Below, in pieces: positions 8,952 to 16,998 of a stretch of 64,000 nt of DNA (its first letter is position 1; every line of letters starts with the position of its first letter). The notes under the pieces are model-generated. The model saw nothing but the letters and a program-made list of their open reading frames with translations. It did no database searches and was not told where the DNA came from. A program made the translations under genes and the position numbers. Where the stretch lies: the NCBI GenBank assembly GCA_963772835.1, contig CAVYYZ010000011.1:1-64000 (forward strand), in the 5' to 3' direction. This stretch comes from an uncultured delta proteobacterium. Lineage in GTDB: Bacteria > Desulfobacterota > Desulfuromonadia > Geobacterales > Pseudopelobacteraceae.

Positions 8952-9281
8952 ATGAAACTGACTACTTCATTGCTGACATTGCTACTGGCGACCGTTGGAA
9001 TACCTTTTGCCATTATTGCATCGGAAATCCCTGAAAATATTGGTCCGGATATAATAAAAATAAAAATGGGCGATAAAACGTTGAGTTTTAACCACTGGAA
9101 ACATCAGAAAAGGAATAACAACGAATGTTTCCACTGCCATAAACCTCAAGAGTGGAAGATTAAAAAATGGGACAAGCAGGTCGCTCACGAAATATGTATC
9201 GCCTGTCACGATCTTAACGAAAAAGGGCCTGTGGAATGTAAAGAGTGTCATGGCGCACAGGTTAAAAACAGTACGAAATGA
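8952..9281 (+). CDS. Periplasmic triheme cytochrome c7 (PpcA-family)
   Basis: Signal peptide; F.H..H, three CxxCH (CFHCH, CIACH, CKECH), AH and GP..C..CH; GGAGG RBS. Confidence 0.85.
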   Translation: MKLTTSLLTLLLATVGIPFAIIASEIPENIGPDIIKIKMGDKTLSFNHWKHQKRNNNECFHCHKPQEWKIKKWDKQVAHEICIACHDLNEKGPVECKECHGAQVKNSTK

Positions 9282-9337
9282 TCACCGGTAAAAAACCGTC
9301 CGGGGATAAACGTCCTTGAGAAATCTCTGACAGAAAC

Positions 9338-9364
9338 AGCCCGGGCAAATCCCACGGGCTTTTT
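9338..9364 (+). terminator. Intrinsic terminator after cytochrome c7
   Basis: AGCCCG...CGGGCT stem followed by T-run. Confidence 0.6.
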
Positions 9365-10048
9365 CGTTACAACAATCGCCGCCGGGTGAAATACATTACC
9401 CTGATTCGTTGGTAGATCCCTCTGAACTATCTAATGTTACGCACGTTTTCGAACCGCACCATCCAGGTTAATCTTCAGGGTCGCTTTTTTCACGCTGTTT
9501 GTTACCCGTTTTACAGATGGTTAATACGTTTTTGCGTTGTCTCCCGGCGCCAATAACAATTGCTCCGAAGTACCGTTGAACCGTTTGAGCGTCCGTCATT
9601 TATTTCCAAGATACCCCGGAAAAACGCTTCAGGCGTCCTTCTCCGAAGAGGGCTTGCACATCGCGTTTCTGAATCCAGGATGCTTCACTGTAGGTGTCGA
9701 CAGGTTCCTCAGCTGCGTGTTCACGCATACCCCGGAGCAAATCTTAAAGAGCAGCACTCTCTACGATTGGATTGTACTCCAAAATATTAAATTCGTCAAA
9801 TCAGCTATAGAAACAGGTGCGGTTGGAGTGCAGCCGTTTCTACAGCTATCTGGTACATACTACTAACGGATAGACCTCGGTTACGGCTCGCCGGTGATCG
9901 TGGTCCGTTAAAAAAATGGACAATGCTGCGGGGGGTGATTAATATCGCAGCAATGTCCCGTACATGATGTAGAATACACACATCGATTCTCAATGACAGG
10001 TGGTTCTGAAATTCGAGACTCATACCCGTTGCACGTAAGGAGTAACGT

Positions 10049-10828
10049 ATGAAGCTTCAACGATTCTTTTGGTTTGTAAACCGCTTTGCGATCCACGTGG
10101 TGCTGATCGTGTTGTCAGCAGTAATTATAGTTGCGATTACGTATGAAAAATGGCCGTTAAGCCTTATCGGCGCGATCATATTTCTCTTTGTACTCTACAA
10201 GTGGCTGATCCGTCTCAAAATCCTCAGAAATTCGGTGGTAGTGCGCCATGGAAGGGTATTTTTCTTCATACCCGAAACTACAGAGCGTAACAGGGCTGAC
10301 TTTGTAACACGCGGCCAAACAATTATTCACTTGCCGGAATACCAGATACTGGGCCGGTTTTTCAAGGTTGAGTTTTTTTTCCCGGGCAGAGATGGGTCGA
10401 TATGTTCCTGCCGTCTGTCACTCCGTTTCGCATATTCCATGCAGCCGGCAGCATGGCAGCGTGCGTATGACAGTTTTGTTGAGCATGGGGAACAACTGTC
10501 GCATGAAGTCAAAAGAGTGCTGCTGAAGAGCTGTGACCTTCTGGAACTCCAGCCTGCTGCAATTCCCGGTGAGGATGCCATACGGGAATATCTGGTGCCG
10601 GTTATCTCACACCTGAATCTGGGACTGGAAAGTGTCGGTCTGGAAGTAACGGAAGTACAGTGCTTATTCACAGAAGGTTTGACACTTGCCCGCTATGTGT
10701 CTGACGATCAGCAGAATTTCGAAAATAAATCGACCGGAACTGTCTTCACGTGGCAGGTCAGGGATGAAGAAGAAACGCCCGGATTGTCAGGGGTGCTAAT
10801 GGGTGTGGATGGCACCGTTGTACGGTAG
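10049..10828 (+). CDS. Hypothetical membrane-anchored protein
   Basis: AAGGAG RBS; two N-terminal TM helices then soluble domain. Confidence 0.7.
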   Translation: MKLQRFFWFVNRFAIHVVLIVLSAVIIVAITYEKWPLSLIGAIIFLFVLYKWLIRLKILRNSVVVRHGRVFFFIPETTERNRADFVTRGQTIIHLPEYQILGRFFKVEFFFPGRDGSICSCRLSLRFAYSMQPAAWQRAYDSFVEHGEQLSHEVKRVLLKSCDLLELQPAAIPGEDAIREYLVPVISHLNLGLESVGLEVTEVQCLFTEGLTLARYVSDDQQNFENKSTGTVFTWQVRDEEETPGLSGVLMGVDGTVVR

Positions 10829-11030
10829 GATGCGTTGGACCCTTGATGTATTGCCAGTCTGATGGTACTTGTCCTTGACAGACAGTTTCGCCGGGCTCGT
10901 TCCAGACACAGAATAGATACAGAACGGGAAACTCGGGACACTGGTAAGAGGATATAGAATTGATGCGAAAACAAGCAGGGGAATGCCCGGAATGTTCGTG
11001 GGTATTCCATCATGTCTTGATTTTGGTGGT

Positions 11031-12596
11031 ATGAGCGTTGAGCGGAGACCGCACGTGATTCTGACTTTTGGTGATTTTGAGCTGGATCCTGATCGCTTTG
11101 TGCTGCGCTGCGACGGATTGCCGCGCAAGATCGAACCCAAAGTGTTCGATCTGCTGAGCCATCTGGTGCAGTCCCCCGGCCGGGTGTTTTCTCGCGACGA
11201 TCTCATTTCAGTGGTATGGAAGGGCCGGATAGTGTCGGACGCAACGGTCTCGACCTGTGTCAAAAACGCACGCAAGGCGCTCGGTGACAGCGGTGATTCT
11301 CAACGCTATATTTCGACGATTCGAAGTCGCGGGTTCCGCTTTAATGCCGAGGTTGAATCTCACATTGCCGGTACCGATTCTGCTGCAAAAACACCCTTAG
11401 AACCTGCCTTGCCACCCCGCGGGGTTGATCCGTCATTGCTGGTGGTGCCGTTTCGCAGTCTGGTGGATGATCCGGAAACGGCACGCCTCGCCGAGGGCCT
11501 GAGCAGTGATCTCGGTACGGTACTCACTCGAATTCCGTTATTGCGTATAAGTTACCAGACCGCCCGCTTTACCCGGAGAGACATCATCCCGGGTTCCCGG
11601 GTGATGTACGAGAACACGGGTTTTGACTATGTGCTGGAGGGCGTGCTGCAGAACCACGATGCTGGTTACCGCATCAATGTCCAGCTTGTCGATGCGAAGT
11701 CAGGGTTCCAGTTGTGGGCTGAGCATTTCTTCGTGCCCGGACCGCTTGACGCCGCCTTGAATCTCGCCGTCACCACCGTAATTGCAAAGCTGGAGCCGCA
11801 GTTGCACCGCGCGATTTACAATAGCGTTTGTGCCGCAGGTGGTGAGCGGAACGCCCGCGGTTTGTTCCTGGAGGCAAGCAGTATGCTGGCCCTGAAGGGC
11901 TGGCATCCCGACTCCTTTACGTCCGCTGCCGAATTGCTGCGCCGCAGTTGCAGGCTCGCCTCAGATTTTGCCCTGGCGCACGCCTATCTGGCGCTGGTCA
12001 TTGGACTGGGAAATCGTATCGGTATTCTCGGCGATAGAGAGCCAGCCAGAGTTGAGGCCCTCGCAACCGCCGAACGTGCCCTCGAGCTCGACAGCATGGA
12101 TTCGACTGTGCTCGGGTTTGCCGGTTGTGCGCTCGCGGATATCGGCTACCCGGAACGGGCCTTGCCGATTTTGAGAAATGCGGTGGAAATCAACCCCGAT
12201 AACGCGCAGGCCTGGGCCGCATTGGGTTCGGCCTGTTTACTCAGCGGGCAGGTTGAAGAGGCCGTTCAGCACTTGACACACGGAATTAATATTTCTCCCC
12301 TCGACAGCCGTCTGTCCATCTGGGGGGCACTGCTGGCATTGGCACTGATGATGGCCAAGGATCTGGAGAGTGCCGTTCAGCAGGGTGAACTGGCATGCCA
12401 ACGCGATCATCGAAACTACATGCCACGGATCGTACTGGCCGGCATCAGGCTGATTCGCAATGAGCAGGATTTGGCACGCAAGGCTCTGAAAGACGCGTAC
12501 CGAATCAAGCCGGATCTTATCCCTGCGCAAATAATACCCTTACTGGGTCAGAAACTAGGTCATCATCTGCTGAACCTTTCACAAGGCGCAGGATAA
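11031..12596 (+). CDS. Winged-helix (OmpR/CadC-type) regulator with TolB-like and TPR domains
   Basis: FGDFELD..RF.L...G....IEPKVFDLL..LV..PGRV.SRDDLI..VW.GRIVSD..V...V...RKALGD; V.PF, DYVLEG; TPRs. Start may be GTG 11055. Confidence 0.85.
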   Translation: MSVERRPHVILTFGDFELDPDRFVLRCDGLPRKIEPKVFDLLSHLVQSPGRVFSRDDLISVVWKGRIVSDATVSTCVKNARKALGDSGDSQRYISTIRSRGFRFNAEVESHIAGTDSAAKTPLEPALPPRGVDPSLLVVPFRSLVDDPETARLAEGLSSDLGTVLTRIPLLRISYQTARFTRRDIIPGSRVMYENTGFDYVLEGVLQNHDAGYRINVQLVDAKSGFQLWAEHFFVPGPLDAALNLAVTTVIAKLEPQLHRAIYNSVCAAGGERNARGLFLEASSMLALKGWHPDSFTSAAELLRRSCRLASDFALAHAYLALVIGLGNRIGILGDREPARVEALATAERALELDSMDSTVLGFAGCALADIGYPERALPILRNAVEINPDNAQAWAALGSACLLSGQVEEAVQHLTHGINISPLDSRLSIWGALLALALMMAKDLESAVQQGELACQRDHRNYMPRIVLAGIRLIRNEQDLARKALKDAYRIKPDLIPAQIIPLLGQKLGHHLLNLSQGAG

Positions 12597-12721
12597 AAGG
12601 ACCTCACTCCTCACACAAACCCCCTCAAAAACACATCTGTTCTTCAAGTTCTGTCGTGCGTAATTTATTAAGCTTCTCGTAAGGGCAAGGGAAAATTCCA
12701 ACTATTGAGAGGAGATTACCA

Positions 12722-13264
12722 ATGCTAACGACAAATTTGAAAGACGCTCACACACGCCAGGATCCATTACGTGAACGTTACAAAATCGCTCCGGAAGAGG
12801 CCAGAATTACCGATCGGGGAAGAACATCCTGGTGCCCTGACAACGATCCGTTTCACGGTCAGGTTATTCCGGGGAGTCAGGACTATGGCGAAAAATGGGG
12901 GTTCGGTATTCACCGGGCGGTAGGTGGAGACCATGATGCTCCAAATCCAGGGGATCTGCTCTGCAGCGCTCTGGCCAGTTGTTTGGATTCAACAATTCGC
13001 ATTATTGCGGATCGACTCGGAATCAAACTCACCGCCCTTGAGGTTGCTGTTGAAGCAGATATTGATGTCCGCGGCACCCTCGTGGTGGACAGAGTTGTTC
13101 CCGTCGGCTTTCAAAAGATGCGCAGCAAGGTCGACATTAAAACCGCCAGCGGGACGGACCCGAATTTGACCGGAAAACTGTTGGCGGCGGCGGAGTACAG
13201 CTGCGTCAATCTCCAGACCCTCCGTTCTGGAGTCCCGGTGGAAATGGAAATTAGTCTTTCCTGA
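12722..13264 (+). CDS. OsmC/Ohr family protein
   Basis: GGD..APNPGDLLCSALASC and AE.SCVNLQTL cysteine motifs; GAGGAG RBS. Confidence 0.85.
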   Translation: MLTTNLKDAHTRQDPLRERYKIAPEEARITDRGRTSWCPDNDPFHGQVIPGSQDYGEKWGFGIHRAVGGDHDAPNPGDLLCSALASCLDSTIRIIADRLGIKLTALEVAVEADIDVRGTLVVDRVVPVGFQKMRSKVDIKTASGTDPNLTGKLLAAAEYSCVNLQTLRSGVPVEMEISLS

Positions 13265-13534
13265 TTACCCCGGGCAATGGCCGGCATCAAACCGGGTCGG
13301 TGAGTTTAAAACCTCTTCCTGCTCCAGATCAAAGGTATCGGGAAATCCCGGCGACACTATCAGCTTAATGGGCCAGTGGTGGAATGCTGCACGTTCTGCG
13401 AAAAAGGCTGGTATGCTCCGGCAAAAAATGAGGGCGTCGTGCAAACAAATTGAATGGGGAGTGTCACTGATTTATACGGCGTCCTCTCCTCGCATTGACT
13501 CTAACCGGGCTATGGCATCGGTTTTCAGGCCCGG

Positions 13535-13846
13535 TTATATGATAAAAGGCGCAGCCGCCATTGCCAGACATGCAACGACAAGCATTATTGAATTGCTGAT
13601 GAAGTATGGCACGACACAAAGTGCAATTCCACAACACATCACCGTGACGTTGGAGCGTTTTTTTCCATACATGAAGTAGGCCGATCCGACCAGTCCTGCA
13701 ATAATATTTATGACTATGATGGTCATGCTCATGTTGCCGAGCAAGGATCCGATATCCAGAGATGTCCCGGCTGATCCGGCTTCACCGGTGAGAATCTTTG
13801 CTGCAATATCGCTTAATGCGGACTGACTCTGCGTAACGTCTGTCAT
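13535..13846 (-). CDS. Small hypothetical membrane protein
   Basis: GGGAG RBS; G.VG.AYF.YGKK...CGIALC.VPYFI pattern with TM helices. Confidence 0.7.
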   Translation of the reverse strand: MTDVTQSQSALSDIAAKILTGEAGSAGTSLDIGSLLGNMSMTIIVINIIAGLVGSAYFMYGKKRSNVTVMCCGIALCVVPYFISNSIMLVVACLAMAAAPFII

Positions 13847-14304
13847 GATGGCTCCCACGCTGTAATTGTTTTGTAACACAAACTATTCCAGACTACTCCT
13901 TTTGAGCGTTTAATGAATCATAAATATTTTTCAGAAAACAAAGAATGACGAGCACTGGCAAGTCACTGTCACCTGCGGGCAGAGAATTCCTATTTCCACC
14001 CATCGGCACGGCAGGCCCGAAAGGCCGGCACATAATAATACACGCGGGTTTAAAAAGTATAGAAACCCCCTCCAAAAAATCCCACCAAATCAGTGCGCTT
14101 TACCACATTTCCGGCTGGTTAATGAGTTTGAAAATACCTACAATGTCAGGTAGTTACCTGGAAACAATATATTAGATACTGCAAATAATGTACAACGTTA
14201 TTTGCGCTTTATGTGCAATAATATTCAATAGTTACGTGATTTAAACCTATGATAACATTTGTGATTAAACGTGCCATAACATGACAATCCAGCAAAAAAG
14301 GGGA

Positions 14305-14333
14305 TTGATATGTGTGATTCATAGTGTTATAGT
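14305..14333 (+). promoter_or_regulatory. sigma70 promoter of toxin-antitoxin operon
   Basis: TTGATA-N17-TATAGT with extended -10 TG. Confidence 0.6.
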
Positions 14334-14356
14334 TTCTTTGTAGCAATGGAGGGGAT

Positions 14357-14740
14357 GTGCGGATATTCAAAACCAAGTGGTTTGCTCGTTACATACGGCA
14401 GGAGCACATCAGCGATCATGGCTTGCGTGATGCTATTGAACGTGCCGAGCGGGGTCTTATAGATGCTGATTTAGGTGGAGGAGTCATCAAGCAGCGGGTG
14501 GCGCGGACGGGACAGGGGCGTTCCGGTGGCTACCGGATGTTGATTGCTTACCGCTCCGGCAATAGGGCTGTTTTCATGTACGGTATTGCAAAAAATGATA
14601 GGGGTAATATTGACGAAGACGAACTGGCAACGTTGCGAGAGATCGGGGCGGCATGGCTTGCGGCACAACCGGAAGAGCTAGACCACGCCATTACAGAAGG
14701 TATTTTGGAGGAAATGAGCGATGACAACAAAAGTAAATAA
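14357..14740 (+). CDS. Type II toxin, RelE/ParE superfamily (HigB-like)
   Basis: MRIFKTKWF.R, DADLGGGVIKQRVAR.GQGRSGGYR, F.YG.AKN.R.NI motifs. Confidence 0.9.
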   Translation: MRIFKTKWFARYIRQEHISDHGLRDAIERAERGLIDADLGGGVIKQRVARTGQGRSGGYRMLIAYRSGNRAVFMYGIAKNDRGNIDEDELATLREIGAAWLAAQPEELDHAITEGILEEMSDDNKSK

Positions 14741-15056
14741 AAATAGCCTGTTAACACAAGCACTGCTTGAAACTGCTAACGATATGCACGGTGTCGGAAT
14801 TCTGGGTAAGGATGCTTACGAAAAAATCACCATGCGGCACTTGGGAGCAAAGAAACCGGAGATTGAGCCGCTGTCAGCTGAAGAAATCCGCAAGATACGC
14901 GAACAAACACACATGAGCCAATCTGTATTTGCTCACTGTCTCAATGTGACGGTGGGGTACATATCTCAATTGGAGCGCGGCGCAAAACGCCCGACTGGTG
15001 CAGCGCTCATGCTGTTGAATGTCATCAACCGCAAGGGGATTGAAGCGATTCTGTAA
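14721..15056 (+). CDS. XRE-family HTH antitoxin (HigA-like)
   Basis: EEIR.IRE...MSQ.VFA..LNV....ISQLERG.KRP.G.AL.LL; overlaps toxin 3' end. Confidence 0.9.
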   Translation: MTTKVNKNSLLTQALLETANDMHGVGILGKDAYEKITMRHLGAKKPEIEPLSAEEIRKIREQTHMSQSVFAHCLNVTVGYISQLERGAKRPTGAALMLLNVINRKGIEAIL

Positions 15057-15162
15057 CACTCACACTTACCAACTTTTATGCCGTCCATGCCAGGAGTTTT
15101 TTTTTAGCCATAGGGTCTCCTTTTTTGTCATTTTGGATTTGTGCTGCTTACTACAGTCAGGA

Positions 15163-15315
15163 CTATGCGTAATCTAATTCTGGCACCTCCTCACCTATTA
15201 GTTCCATCACATAGGTTAAAACGTCTGATTCACGATAACGGACGAGTCGGCCCACCTTAAAACACTTAGGCCCCTTCTTCTTCCATCGCCAATACTCCAG
15301 GGTTTTTGTCGAAAT
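15163..15315 (-). pseudogene. 3' remnant of excisionase-like HTH (HTH_17/AlpA) gene
   Basis: ISTKTLEYWRWKKKGPKCFKVGRLVRYRESDVLTYV...stop; no start, joined out of frame to integrase fragment. Confidence 0.75.
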
Positions 15316-15898
15316 CGTAATCGTTATCATAATTGCCAGCCATACGTTCTTTCTCTACTTTTAGTGCTTCAATCTCTGCCTTCAGAATCTCCCTGCAAAA
15401 AGTAGAATATTCAACAGAATCTTTATCTATAGTGAGCCCATTCTCCTGAATATACCGGTCAACTCTGGTACTTAGCCAACTAAAGTCATTTTTCAGCAGT
15501 TTGACCTTTCTTGAGGCTATCAATTCATCAATGGCATTAACACTCGTAACAACAATGACATCAGCATCAGTATCTGCCGTTATCTGTTGTTGCCCTTCAC
15601 TTTCATATCTGACCATAGCAATACTTCGTAGACTCTCAACCCTGTTCAAATATGCATGCAGATAGTTCTTCACCAACTGTTTCATCTGAGTATCATTATA
15701 CATACCACTCCTTAGATGCAGAAAAAGCCGCTCTGTATGATAGAGCAGCTTAGATATGGTAGTCCTTGCAGACTTGTAATTTTTTGTTTTGAGTGACTTC
15801 CATATTTCCTTACGTGAAAAATATGGTGCAATATCTTGAGGTATTCTTAGCCTAAAATAATAGGTATTATCACGTTTGAGAAGACAGTCTGATATCAT
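15266..15898 (-). pseudogene. Truncated tyrosine integrase N-terminal region (DUF6538-type)
   Basis: L.KR.NTYYFR.RIP.DI...F.RKEI.KSLKTK...A; GGAGA RBS; no catalytic R-H-x-x-R-H-Y domain. Confidence 0.75.
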
Positions 15899-15972
15899 TG
15901 AAGTTTCTCCGGTGGTAGCAGTTTTAGTAGCGACTGCATAATCGAATGAAATCTTCAATGATATCAGGTATT

Positions 15973-16379
15973 TGGTGGAGGTGGTGGGAGTCGAACCCAC
16001 GTCCAAACGCTCTTCGATGCCAATATCTACGCTGATAGATTGACTATGGTTTTAAGTTCAAGGTAAGCCATCAATCAAGGCACCAAGAACCGATTCCTAA
16101 ATACGACGATTATCGGATCATCCTCGCCGTCCCATTACAATTACTTCTTTTTGACAGCCGAAGGGTTACACAGGGAATTAAGTCTACCCTCTAGCTCGCT
16201 TGGATTCCGAAGATTCCAAGGCTGGTACTAAGCAGCAAGTGCACCCGCAAAGGCGTAATTGTCTGCAGCTGTTGTTGTATTGTTTGCATTTATTGTTTAG
16301 TGGATTATTCTAGAGGCCAACCACCATCCTCCCAGCGCAATCAGAACCTATCTTCGCCTGTCGAAACCTTTACACCCCC
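15973..16379 (-). ncRNA. ssrA: tmRNA (transfer-messenger RNA)
   Basis: 5' GGGGGUG pairs with CACCUCC-ACCA including G3:U; UUCGAC after 5' strand; T-arm GUGGG-UUCGACU-CCCAC; pseudoknot 1; tag ORF ending LAA; directly downstream of smpB. Confidence 0.95.
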
Positions 16380-16391
16380 CTTGGTAAAATC

Positions 16392-16423
16392 AATGTTGAA
16401 TGTTGAATTTTGAATTCTGAATT
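16392..16423. repeat. Heptanucleotide tandem repeat (AATgTTG-like)
   Basis: AATGTTG AATGTTG AATTTTG AATTCTG AATT. Confidence 0.7.
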
Positions 16424-16433
16424 AATCAACCGA

Positions 16434-16892
16434 TCAATCTCTATTTCTCGCTTTAAGCGCTTGTGACATTTCACGATTACTGTCCTTGGTCTTCAGATCC
16501 TCACGTTTGTCGTACAGTTTCTTGCCTTTAGCAAGACCTATCTCGACCTTTACCAAGCCGTCTTTGAAATAGAGCCGCAACGGGATTACCGACAAGCCCT
16601 TCTCGCGAATTTTGCCATACAGACGGTCGATCTCACTGCGGTGCAACAGCAGCTTGCGGTTGCGATCCGTTTGGTGATTCTGGATGTTGCCGAACTCGTA
16701 TTGCGATATACTCAGGTTGTGAAGATACGCCTCGCCGTCGCGCACCAACATGAAGGCATCGCTCAGACTTGCCTTTCCGGCACGCAGTGACTTTACCTCC
16801 GTCCCCTGCAGTACGAGCCCCGCTTCAAGCTTCTCTTCGATAAAATAATCGTGATAGGCTTTTTTGTTATTACAGATCAGTTTTTCACCCAT
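16434..16892 (-). CDS. smpB: SsrA-binding protein SmpB
   Basis: NKKAYHDYFIEE..EAG.VLQGTEVKSLR, RKLLLH..EI, GKKLYDKRE. Confidence 0.97.
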   Translation of the reverse strand: MGEKLICNNKKAYHDYFIEEKLEAGLVLQGTEVKSLRAGKASLSDAFMLVRDGEAYLHNLSISQYEFGNIQNHQTDRNRKLLLHRSEIDRLYGKIREKGLSVIPLRLYFKDGLVKVEIGLAKGKKLYDKREDLKTKDSNREMSQALKARNRD

Positions 16893-16936
16893 AGCCACAT
16901 GCTAGCAGAGATTGTGGCAAAATGATACGCTCATCC

Positions 16937-16965
16937 TTGCATAAAGCGGCAGGAATATATACAAT
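16937..16965 (+). promoter_or_regulatory. sigma70 promoter of glgP operon
   Basis: TTGCAT-N17-TACAAT. Confidence 0.6.
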
Positions 16966-16998
16966 TCGATCTGTTATTCTGTGCTGAGGACGTATGAC

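Larger units (their letters stand above)
14141..15974. mobile_element. Decayed genomic island integrated at ssrA 3' end (left border uncertain)
   Basis: Truncated integrase next to tmRNA CCA end, excisionase remnant, TA module, visibly AT-rich sequence. Confidence 0.65.

Noticed and set aside
9537..9866. Plus-strand 109-aa ORF
   Set aside because: TTG start without RBS and no recognisable motif
15899..16006. N-terminal extension of integrase ORF given by the ORF track
   Set aside because: Overlaps the tmRNA 3' end and att arm; ATG 15898 has the RBS
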